Shown piece by piece: positions 1 to 11,751 of a stretch of DNA of 64,000 nt. Numbering within the stretch: position 1 is the first letter of the stretch; each line of letters opens with the position of its first letter. The translations under genes were made by a program, and so were the position numbers. The DNA is from Geosiphon pyriformis uo1 (taxonomy: Eukaryota > Fungi > Glomeromycota). The notes beneath the pieces were generated by a model. That model was not told where the DNA came from, ran no database searches, and saw only the letters and a program-made list of their open reading frames with translations. Location: NCBI GenBank assembly GCA_016748015.1, contig JAAOMT010000436.1:1300847-1364846 (forward strand). The letters run 5' to 3'.

Positions 1-896
1 TTATCATTTCGATTATCACTTATTATTTAATCAAATTATCAAATATCATTACTCAATCAATAATCCGATTTGTACTCTAGAAATTAAGATGATCAAATTA
101 CACAATACTCTGAACCATTTAACATAGTCAAAATTCGCCGAAATTAATGAAAATTGGCCGAAATAATCAAATAGTTCAGTGAAATAACTTGTAGTTTGCC
201 GAAATGTATCTTTAGTTCACCCAAATTGTAGCAAAAAGAAAAGTGCAAGTTCAAAGACTAGTACTACAACAAATTGTATAAAAGAAGAGCTTCTCTCTTC
301 AAAAAAATGTATCTTCTCATAGTATTTTATCATAGTACTTTACTTTAGATATCTTAATTGAAACAAATCACCTTTTACACATTCAAATAAAAATTAAACA
401 TTCGAAAACCAAATTCTTAAATTATTACACTTGAAATTTCTCTAACACAACTAATGTTTTGAAATTAATTAGCTACCAATTTCAATAATCTGTTAGTGAC
501 TCCAGGCCTGAATAGAAAACGTTTTCCTTGATAAAATTCTATTTTTCTTTACATTTCTTTTATTTTTCTTTTGTTTTCTTATTACAATCATTAGAATAGC
601 CTACAGACAAAATTCCTGTAAAAGAGTTGACTTTTACAGCAAAGTAACTACACATTTTTAGTGAGCTTCCAGATAAGCAATTCCTGGAAAAGAGTTGACG
701 TTTACTACAACATAATTACATAAAGTAACTGGCAAGGAATTGGTCATTCCACTTATAAGCCCAGCAGTTCAAATTATAGGAGATAATTTGAAGATAAATT
801 CAGTTATTGGAGGTTCAACTATCTCTAGAAACGTGAATTAGCAGCAAATCAACATTAACAACATTCAAAAAAAGAGACCAAAAACCTCCGGTAACA
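1..896 (+). mobile_element. Partial LTR (5' end outside window) of a G2-related Gypsy family
   Basis: Colinear with G2 LTR 17928-18906 (GTTCRCCGAAAT repeats, TAGCTA hairpin, ends CCGGTAACA). Followed by LINE ORF2 sequence rather than a PBS, so it is a 3' or solo LTR; putative TSD ACAT 897-900. Confidence 0.9.
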
Positions 897-3097
897 ACAT
901 CTTGATTAATAATGATAAGACAGTGGCTATTCTTATCAATCAAAATGTTAAAACTGCTTTACTATTGATCAATGATTTGCCAATTTCAATTACTAAAAGA
1001 GAGGAATTACACTATTATTTGGGTATATTTTTATCAATTAAAAGTATTTTTAAATCCAGTTTGGTTTAAGTTTATATAAATGTCTGATTTTTTTCTAATG
1101 TGGTGTTAAAAAAGGCTATTACAGATAAACAATTTTTTTACTTGGTTTCAGCTGTTTTACAGCCCATAGTTAGCTTTCAAATACAGTTTAGTTTTATTTC
1201 TTCAGGTGTGTATTATAAATGAAATGTAATGATTAGAAAGAGTCTTAAAACCAAGGCTGGTTTGTTATATGACTTTCCCAATAAGATTTTACATCATCCA
1301 TCTTTGTATAATTTGAAACTTTTTGAATAAGTACAGTCTGAAGAAAAGCTGGTTTTACTGATTTTATTCTTCAATGGCTATGGCATTCTTGGTGTTTATT
1401 TGATCATAGATTTTTGAATTTACAAGTTTTGAGATGGTCTTTTTTAAATCCTTTAAAATTTCCTGTTAAGTTGCATATTAGTTTTGTAAACAATTTTTTG
1501 GTTGGAGTAGTAAAAATATTTTTGGAGAATAAGTTATTGTTGACAAACAACCTGTCTAATGCTTTTTATGGATTTAATAAATTTCTAATGTCTGGTATTT
1601 TGAATTAGTTTTTGTATTACAAATCTGTTTTTTCATTAAAGTGATTTGACATTGCATTTGGAGACAGGCTTCTGGACAAGAAAAGAAAGGTGATAGACTG
1701 GAAGACATTTCAGCAGTAAAAAAAGTTGAATCTGAGGGACTCTGTATCTTACTGGTTTATGTTGACATCTGAGTTTATATACAATTCTGTTTCTTTGAAA
1801 GTCGAAACTGCTGCTGCTGCTCATGAAAAGAATGTGCTGAATGTTTTGGAATCTGAAAAGTTTTTTGATGTTTGTAATAGTTTGCTAAGAGTGTGGTCTG
1901 ATTGCATTGAGATCTATACAGATAGATCATTAAAAGGTGCTGGTTTCAGTAAAGTGGCTGGTGAAACAGCTGCTTACTTTTTAGCTGCAAACATAAGTAT
2001 TAAGATTAGGGTGGCCAGACTTCTGTCTTCTACTTTAACTGAATTACAAGCTGTTGCTTTGGCTTTAGAGTGTGTTCCATCTTTATGTTCTATGGTTCTG
2101 TACTTGGACAGCCAATCTGTGATTGATATATGTATATTTAAGACTTCTTTTACTGTGCTCAACTTCTATAATTGATGTTAGATTAAGAGATTATAGATAG
2201 TCAATCTTCTTAAGAATAAAGATATTTCAATTAAATGGGTAAAGATTAAGAGACATTTTGGCATACTGAGCAATATAAGGGCTAATACATTAACCAATAA
2301 AACCACTTTTTTATTTTTTTCTTTGCTGGTTAGAATTTGGGAGAGATTTTTGGTTGCTAAAAAAACTGCTGTATCTGGCAATACTTATTATTTTGTTTAT
2401 AATCTGTACCAATTAATTTGCTGTGCCTATTGGGAGACTGGTTCTGGTTTTAATATAGTTTTAGATGTTTTGATTAAAGAGATAGATTAGAAGACTATAA
2501 CAAAGATTTGGCATCCTAATTCACATATGCTTTTTGAATTTACTAATAAGAAGTCAGCCAATTTGCACACATATTTAATAAAGGCTGTTTATAGACAGCT
2601 GCCAGTTATAGTTAGGAAGAGATTGTATAACAAAAATTATCTTGGAGTATTGTGCTTAATATGTGACAAGATGAAATTGTCTGACTATATTTTTATTTGT
2701 TTTAATGACTCTGGTTTCTATGAAGACATTTTAATTAAAGCTGCTAAAAAAAAGACATTGTTGTCTGGTCTTTTATGTCTATCTATTTCCACTGTTCTGT
2801 GCTCACTTTTGATGTGTTTTTTAGATGTGAATCTATACACAGCTATTTGCAAAGATTTTGTATTAAGGAATTGGTATACTAAGACAGTTTTGGTTTTTAA
2901 GAGAAAAAAAAAAGTGGCTTTGGCTCTTGTAGAATACATTAGATTTGTGATGAAGTTACATTGCACTAAAATGTGAATTATTAAAGCCAAATACAAGATA
3001 GATATAGAGAAAGCTGGCTTGATCAGAGATAATGATGTGGTTTTAGACTTGTCTTACTGTATAATATCTATGTTGTTAGTTGGAGTAGTTTATATGC
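897..3097 (+). pseudogene. LINE-A ORF2 3' part (RT C-terminus, RNase H, Cys-rich tail), degenerate
   Basis: Homologous to LINE-B 41620-43820. RNase H motifs IYTDRSL, TLTELQAV, LYLDSQS, KIKRHFG; CLIC motif; many stops. Frame resumes after G1 (GVVY M LNVIKSFAVEFG). Confidence 0.9.
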
Positions 3098-3980
3098 TGT
3101 TACTCATAAAAATATAGGAAATATATTAGCATAATTATTAGCCAATCAAAAGTAAGCGTAGTAAATGTGGAATTCTAGGATTCTTTTCAGGAATTGCAGA
3201 ATTCCAGGAATTTCAGGATTCCCTGATGAGAAATTGCAGGATTCCAGAATTCCAGGATTTCTTTCAAAGGAATCGCAGAATTCCAAGAATTCCAGGATTC
3301 CTGTTGTGAAGAATCGAGGAATTGAGGAATCCCAATTATGTATATATAGCAGTAGTGTTAGAAACAGAAAAGGGAGAATCAATACCACAGAATTCTTAGC
3401 CAAGAAACCAATCATCAAATAAATAATTATTTAATATCTCAATCTACTCTCCACTATCAACACTTCATGTTGATAGTAATTGATACTTAACCACACTGGA
3501 ACAATAGCTCTTGATCACAGCTATTGACGAGATACTAACGTACCAAATTGCCTTGGCTTATTTTCTTTATTTTTTTTAATTTTATTTTCTTTTCTTTCTT
3601 TGATTTTGTTGTTGTATACTAATTGAGTAAAAAGTTTAAGCACTGAGTTATTGACGTCAAAGATAACCTGGTAAAAGACCCAAAAATAAGGGTAGAATTA
3701 TATATATATTAACAGATAGCTTACCAGAAGGGCACAACTGCCAGAATAAATCCAGCTGCCAAGCTAAGAAAGAAATTGGGCATAATTGCAACTCCAGGAA
3801 AACTACTACCATCACTATTGAATCTCTGTCTATTATACAAAGAACTCCACAACAAAACCTTTAGATCACCCAAAACCTTCAGATACCATACCTTGCACAC
3901 ATCATCCACGAAAGTAGCTTTTGAGCACCAAGTTACAGATTTGTTATTCAATACACCACTCAAAATAATTACCTGTAACA
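3098..3980 (+). repeat. G1 5' LTR
   Basis: TGTTAC...GTAACA; direct repeat of 12362-13237; GGAATTCC/GGATTCC array followed by TATATATA near 3342. Confidence 0.97.
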
Positions 3981-3982
3981 TT

Positions 3983-3999
3983 TAGTGCTCCCTGTGAGG
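3983..3999 (+). promoter_or_regulatory. G1 primer binding site (tRNA-Ile(UAU)-like)
   Basis: TAGTGCTCCCTGTGAGG 2 nt after the LTR (TGG>TAG decay); related PBS in G2, G3 and G4. Confidence 0.75.
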
Positions 4000-4042
4000 T
4001 ATAATCCTATAGAAAACCAGCACCGACAACACCAAATCAAAA

Positions 4043-7000
4043 GTGGCAGAATCAGAAATTATAGGAGCAAACCATTTAGGATTCGCAAAATCTTTATTTC
4101 AATACTATTGTCAATACTTAAGATTAAATCACAATCATATATCCACCGAATCAGCCTTCAATTTCTATGTCAACAAAAAAATTTTCTCTTTATTAGGAAC
4201 ACCAGTGAATACTGAATCAGCAAGAGAAACTTTTTATAAAGAATTAATTTAAAACACCAACCTACTAACAAACCATAATTTTGCATCCATTATCATTAAG
4301 ATCAACAAAGAAATTGAACACCACACTCAACAAAGATATCCAATTACATACACTAGTAAAGGCAAGAGAAAATTACAAACACTAGCAGTAACACCCCAAA
4401 AAATACAGCCACCTGCTTGGAAAAAAAACAGAGTTGAATCCCCAAGCAACCCATTATATCACTATACACCTGGAAGCACCATCAACATATCATCAACTGA
4501 TGCGTTTTCATCAACTGCGACATCAGCATTTGGATGATTCCCATTCCAAAGTAGACAAAGGAAAACAGAATTGTTAGGACCATACGGCGAATACTTTGAG
4601 GGATTTAATTCACGATCATCAACCCCATCAGGACTTTAATTACCACTGCCTCCACCAGATTTTGGAATCTCTGATCCATGAGAAGCAGCAGAATCAGAAA
4701 AGGAAGAAGAAAAATCAGAGGATTAAGAATTCACTTACCTACACCCAATCTCTGAAAACCCAAAAGTTGAAACTCCGAACATTCAAACTCAGCAACAGTT
4801 AGAAAATCCGGAAATTGAAACTCTGAATATTTGAACACCGCCTAATCAAAGAAATCAAAACCCCGAATTAATTAATCAGCAAAACTTACCTCCAGTAATC
4901 GTTATCGATCAACTGCTGATTAATCTCATAGCCGAACCCATACAGCAGCCACTTCAGCTATCACTCCAACAGCCAGGACAACAACAACTGTTTCAACAGC
5001 CACCACAACCACCTAACTTAGACCCAATGGCCTACGCACCAATCACAAAACTTGACAACTTTACGGGCAAAGAGGATGATGCTTAAATATGGCTGAATGA
5101 TGTAGAAAAGGCCATCGCAGCCAACGGATGGAATGATGCTCGAGCAATGCAAGCCATTCCCTACTTTCTCAAGGATACTGCTGATTCATGATACCAGAGC
5201 TTGATTAATAAACCACAAGATTTTAATGCCTTCAAAGCAGAATTCCTAAGATACTTCAGCAACAATAACAGCATCAACTGTCTAGTCAATGCATTCACCA
5301 CCATGAAACAAGGGGAAACTGAAGCAGTTACCACTTATCTGGGACACTTCCATCAAAACCTACATCAAATTCAAGCAATTGACACCAACTATTTCACAGC
5401 ACCACAGATACTCAATCAGTTTATTTGTGGCCTGCACAGCAGCATCTTGCAACATGTACGTCCATTGCATCCAGGCACCCTTCAAGATACAGTCACACAT
5501 GCCAGAGATTTTGAATCCACTGAGTCAGAGGCTAACCATGCCCAAGCCGTTAATCTAGTAATGAACAGATCATCTGAATTGGATTCCAAATTGAAGAAGT
5601 TCAGTGAATCAATCAATAAGAGATTGGAAGGATACTTAGCTGACAATCATGCCATTTATCAGCCTCCACAATGACACAATAATCAAGGAAACTCTAATCG
5701 TACACAAAATCAACCATGTCCATCTCCATCAACCAATCAACAGTGGCAACAAGAAACGCATATCTGCCACTATTATGGTAAACAAGGACATATCCAAATT
5801 GACTGTCGCCAGCGTTTAAATAACCAACAATTGGAAAATCAATATCAAAACCCCAATCGCCGGTTCCAAACTCCGAATCAGTACCCAAATCAAAACTCAC
5901 CCGCTTACCTACCAGTGACGCAGTCATCAGTCTATCAGTCTTCAGTATATCAACCTCCAATTTATTAGCCACAGCCACAAGTAATATATCAACTACAGCC
6001 ACAAATAATTTATCAACTCCAACAGATCCAAACACCACCCCAAAACTTACCACCCAATGGAACCCAAAGACTGAGAATGACTCAACAGAGCTGGAGATTG
6101 GCAATAGTAGTTCATCAACTGATCTCCAGTTCTTTACAGCAACCATCTGGATTGCGCCAGCAGAATTCAAGTACCAGTCAACCCCAGAACCCGAATTCCC
6201 AGAACTATTTAAGTCTCTTAGTTATCCCAGAAGATGCTTCAACCAATAACCTGGCATTTACCCAAAAACAACCACTCACCAGTAATATCTCACCTGCTAC
6301 CATTACTGAAGACAAGTCATAGGCCGCTATCTTCCCATTTGAATTTGAGGAAACAGCTACAATACTATTATTTAGTGGAGCCACTCTTGAAGCCAAACCA
6401 ATCACCGCGATGTACACTGACGCCAAAGTCGAAGGACAATTCATTAAATTGATCCTGGACAGTGGTTCCGCAGGCAGCATAATCACAAGACAACTCATGG
6501 ACCAATTAGGTTGCCAAGTTGATTGAGCTGCCAACGCCAGAATCATCACAGCTGATGGAGCAACCAAAACTCCAATTGGCAAAATTGACAACTTTCCATT
6601 TAAAGTCAATGGCATTGTGACTCTCATTAAAGTTCTAGTGATAGAAGCCACTCAATGCCAAGCTCTTGTTGGTAATGACTGGCTATCTAAAGTCAACACG
6701 ATGTTAGACTGGAACACCCAAAAACTCCAGCTAACATATCAAAACCAACACATACGTGTTCCGGCCACGTGTGGCCACTTTAAAACTCCTCCAAGAGAGA
6801 AACTATTGATCGAACTGGAGGAGAAGAAAGAAAAACCTATCTGGGAAGCCTATCAAGTGTCATGGGCAGACAAAGAGCACAACAAACTACTGTCAATACT
6901 CTTTTGAAACAACAGCAACAAGGAAAAAGGGAAACAAAAGGAAAAACTTACCTGGGAAACTGATGACCTGACATGGACCGACAACGATGAGAGCAAACCA

Positions 7001-10000
7001 ACTTCAAGCTGGAACTGGGAAGAGGACAAAGAAAATAAAGGAAAAGGGAAAGAAGAAGAGACCACCCAAACCACTACTGCTTATAACACCTATACTATAC
7101 CACAACGATCTATCTATTGTTGACCTAAGCTTATATGCATCGATTGTGGTAAGAAATTGTCGTCAATAGGCGCATGCTGTGGGGATGATGAGGAATATTC
7201 AACGGCAACTAGGTTCTATTGCCACCCATGTGTCCTTAAACACTTTGGAAAACCAAAACGAGTAGGGAAATGGGACAATCAGCCATGCTTAGCTTGTAGA
7301 GAGACTCTTTTGGACAAAGGAATGTGGCATGACATTCCTGGACATGGAAGAACGTGCGATGTAGAATGTCAATACATGATTCTGATCAGCGACTGGATTA
7401 AAAAGGGGACACCAATCGAAGCCACTTGGCAAAGAGCAGTGTGACGATTAGACAGTTGTCCACATGACGATGACAAAATTTGGAGAATGGCAACTGCCAA
7501 AATTGAAGGCGCGTCATCAGAAGAAATCCAGACAATTAAAAACAACCCACCAAAACCTATCGAGCTTGACTGGAATGCAGAGCCAGTTATAAATTTTCTA
7601 GAACCAGAAGAGTTCCATGAACACTACCAAAACTTGGCACCCACTAGAGAAGAGCAAGAACAATGGCTAGCACAGTTAAATACAAAACTGTGTTGCCATT
7701 GTTTAATTCTCAGTGACTTTGAATATTGTGCCGATTGTGACCTCATTTACAATCCACCACCACACATAATCTACTCGATCCCTGAAGAAGAAGAACCAAT
7801 CAGCAGCTGTGCATCAAAATTAGAATCGCCAATCAATCACCATCCAGACTCTGACAATGACAACGAAAACACTGGTTCCAGCTCCGTTCAAAATGGCAAT
7901 AACGACAAAAATGATTCAGACTCAGATTCGAAACCTGATTTAAACTATGAACAATACATTGCACTACCAGATCTCTCCAAGGAACAAGAGTTGAAATGAT
8001 ATAGTGACAATAGGGAAGATATTATGCCAGAACGTATACATGATATGGATGCAGAGTTTGATCTGAGATATCCAGGAAAAGATGCCATCAAATTGGAACC
8101 ACATTTATGCACCTGCATTGATCTGAAAATAGCACTAGAGATTCCAGCAACAACAATAGTTCAATTAGCATCTAGGAGTAGTTTAGCGAAAAGGGGGATC
8201 AATATAAGAGGAAAAATAATTGACATGGGATATGTAAGAAATATTATTGCTATGCTACAAAATGACTCAGAAAAGGCCTATATAATAGAGCCCAACAAAA
8301 AAATAGCACAGGCAATATTCCTGCCTCTGATTAGAGTAGCTCAGTTAGTGTCAGTGGGAAAGAGGAAAGAATTAGGAATAACAGTGAGAGGAATACAAGA
8401 ATTTGGATCAACGGGTAGAATAGATGTACCAGTTAATATGGCAAAGGAAGAAATTGTTGGCCAAGGAGAAATTATCTTAACTGGTCAAGCTATTTCCATT
8501 CCACCATATAGCCAGTACATGTTAGCAATAGAAAGGAAGGAAAAGGAGCAAGAACAGATTTTTGAAGTGGAAGCAACTCTTTGTGAATTAGGAGAGATTG
8601 GGTTGATCAATCTCCACATACCAGTCAAAAGCTATAGCAGCATAAAAATTCCCATCTACAACAACACTGGCAATGTCATCAACATACCAGAAGGAACCAC
8701 CATCGGATATTTAATCACAGAAATAGAAAACCAACCACCAAACCCCATTCCAGACTTTTCACAACTTTGTGGATATATAGACATCACATCACAAACAATT
8801 TATAGACAAGACAAATGTTATTTGCTCCAACCAGAACAATTGGAACAAATGAACATGGGAAACTTAGATCCACTTCAATGTATGCAGCTCAAGATGTTAC
8901 TCAACAATTTCAACAACATCTTTGCCAGCAAAAATGAGTTTGGCCGAACTGACATCATCCAGCATCAGATCAAGACTAGAGATGCAATGCCAATCAAACA
9001 AAGAGCATACAGAGTGCCGCCAGCCAGCCATGAGATTATTTGTCAAGAGATAAACAGAATGCTTGACAATGGGCTAATTCAACCATCAATGAGTCCATGG
9101 TCATTACCAGTGGTATTCGTCCATAAGAAAAATGGAAAAATTCGGTTTTGTGTAGACTACAGAAAACTCAATGGTGTAACTCATGGAGACAGTTATCCAA
9201 CCCCACAAATACAGGAATTATTCAATGCTTTTGGTGGGAACAAATGGTTCTCCACATTAGATTTGGACAGTAGTTACTGGCAAGTAGCCATGAATCCAGC
9301 TGACAAAGAGAAGACGGCATTTACTACTAGAGAAGGGAATTTCGAATTTGAAGTAATACCATTCGGCTTAACCAATGCCCCAGCAACTTTCCAATGGCTA
9401 ATGGAAATTGTTTATACTGGCTTATTGTGGAAATCAGTAGTTGTATACTTGGACAACACCAATGTATTCTCAAAAACATTTGATGATCATCTTCATTATC
9501 TTCAATAAGTGTTTGAAAGACTAAGAAGAGCAGAACTAAAATTAAATGTGACAAAGTGCTTCTTTGGCAAGACAGAACTCAAATTCTTGGGACACATAGT
9601 CAGCAAAGACGGCATTAAAACGGATCCAGAGAAAATAGAGATAGTAAAGAACTTTCCAGTGCTGACCAATATAACAGAACTGAAATCATTCTTGGGATTC
9701 GCCAGTTACTATTGTCATTTTATCAAGAACTTTTCCAAGATAGCACAGCCACTCAATCAACTGCAAAACAAAAATGCAAAATATGAATGGACAGAAAGTT
9801 AACAAAAAGCTTTTTGATATTCTGAGAAAAAAGCTCATCCAAGCTCCAGTACTGATCTATCCAGATTACAGCAAATCATTTATCATCATCACCGATGCAT
9901 CCGGCCAAGCATTGGGAGCAGTATTATCTCAGAGAGGACTGGACGGCAGAGAACATCCAGTAGCATATGCCAGCAGAGGTTTAACACCAGCCGAAAAGAA

Positions 10001-10250
10001 CTATGGAACACCGGAACAAGAACACTTAGCAATATACTGGGCCGTCATGAAATGGAAAAAATATTTGAGCCAGAAGTTTGAAGTATACACAGATCACAAG
10101 GGATTAATATCACTCCAAAAACAAGAATTTGGAGATGAAAGACAGTCAAGATGGAAAATGGCACTTGCACCATACAATTATACTATACATTACAAAAAAG
10201 AAAAAAACAATGGAAATGCTAACAGTTTATCGCGAATAAGACAAATCTAA
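4043..10250 (+). pseudogene. G1 gag-pol: extended Gag, capsid, CCHC knuckle, aspartic protease, Cys-rich domain, dUTPase, RT, RNase H
   Basis: ORF pieces 4043-9802 share one frame. Motifs CHYYGKQGHIQIDC, LILDSGSAGSI, RFCVDYRKLN, PFGLTNAPATF, VYLDN, ITDASG, YTDHKGL, NANSLSR; stops and a frameshift near 9800. Confidence 0.93.
8024..8419 (+). CDS. dUTPase domain within G1 pol
   Basis: All five trimeric dUTPase motifs, some substituted: DAEFDL, ASRSSLA, GKIIDMGY, KIAQAI, RGIQEFGSTG. Confidence 0.92.
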
Positions 10251-10313
10251 GAACATTTCAACTCAAAAATATAATAAAACCAGAATAATACCAATGGAAA
10301 AATACAACAAAAG

Positions 10314-11696
10314 ATGAACATACAAAAATATTAACAATTGCAACATTATCTAAACACTCAACAGTTCAAGGAGAATTTATCTCATACAGAACAAAGGAGT
10401 ATCAAACAACAATCAAAATATTTTATCATTTACCAAAATATACTTTATTGGAAAAATAGAAGGAATTCAGATCAACCAACCAGAGTAATTACGGAGCCAG
10501 AAAAAAAGACAATATTGTTTAACATGTACTCAAATCCAACAGCAGGACATTTTCACAAAGAAGCAATCATAGAAAGAACTAAAAAAAGATACTATTGGCC
10601 ATCAATGTACCCAGACATCATTCAATATATTCAAAATTGTGATGCTTGTCAGCAAAGAGAAGAAACAAGACCCAGTGAACTATTAAGACCAATCAAAGTG
10701 GGACAACTATTTGACTGTATTGGAATTGATTTAGTTGGACCATTAACAATCACCAGCAGAGGAAACAGATACATAGCAGTAGCTATGAACTATTTCACTA
10801 AATGGCCAGAGGCGAAAGCAATTCAAAGAGTGGATGCAGAATCTATTGCCAAATTCATTCATCAGGATTTGATTTGTTAACATGGATGTCCAAAAGAATT
10901 ATTATCAAACCAAGAAACTCATTTTGTGAACAGAATATTAACAGAATTGAGCCAAAGATTTGGAATCAAGAGACCATTATCATTATCATACCATCCACAA
11001 ACCAATGGATTAGTAGAAAGATTCAACAGAACATTGTGTGAAACAATAGCCAAGCTCAGCCAAGAAAACCAGAACAATTGAGATTTGTTCATACCATCAG
11101 TACTATTTGCTTATCAGACAACGAAACAAGATACTATACAAGCAACACTATTTGAATTAGTATATGGAAGAATAGCAATGTTACCAGTAGAGAGAGAAAT
11201 TAATACATATCCAGCTGAACCAATAACAGAAGAAAATTTTCAAGAAACATTGCTAAGAAAAACATATAACTTAATGGAAACATTGGAAAACAAATGAAGA
11301 AGAGCAGCTGATAATATCCAAAAGTCACAAGAAACACAGAAAGAAAGACACAATAGTCAACTACCAGACAAACCAGTTGAATTCAAGATCGGAGACAAAG
11401 TATTACTACATCATACCAAAGCAGAAAAACAATGGAGTGGAAAATTTGACCCCAAATGAGACAAACCATTTCACATAGAAGAAATTCTAGGAAATGGAGC
11501 TTACAAATTAAGATTAAATAACAAAATTTTAACCAAAGCAGCACATAGAGATCAACTGAAACCATATCACAACATCACACTACCATCTACCAATAATATT
11601 CCACAATTAGGAGTACAAAGAATACTAGTCCAACCAGATGAGATTCCACAAGATCTGAAACCAATCATTATTATCGACAACAACACGTTAAATTGA
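10314..11696 (+). pseudogene. G1 integrase as a separate ORF (HHCC, DDE, GPY/F; no chromodomain)
   Basis: ATG at 10314; GHFH..CDAC, GIDLVGPL, YHPQTNGLVERFN, FKIGDKV..KPFHI; TGA 11694-11696. Confidence 0.9.
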
Positions 11697-11751
11697 TCCA
11701 TCAAAAGAATATATAAAGACATGGTAAACACAACAGGAAATATCAGAAAAA

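Noticed and set aside
3721-3985. ORF in G1 LTR U5, in frame with gag through the PBS (and its antisense ORF)
   Set aside because: The frame is not preserved in G3 LTRs (17- vs 18-nt internal repeat), and a TGA follows the PBS in both G1 and G3, so coding is unsupported.
6320-6322. TAG between gag and protease as a programmed readthrough
   Set aside because: G2 and G3 have Leu at this position; best explained as decay.
5694-7074. Antisense and alternate-frame ORFs over gag-pol (also over LINEs and NSE1)
   Set aside because: Shadows of strand-biased coding sequence; no motifs recognised.
9795-9820. Programmed frameshift between RT and RNase H in G1
   Set aside because: G2 and G3 are open here; likely a homopolymer indel.
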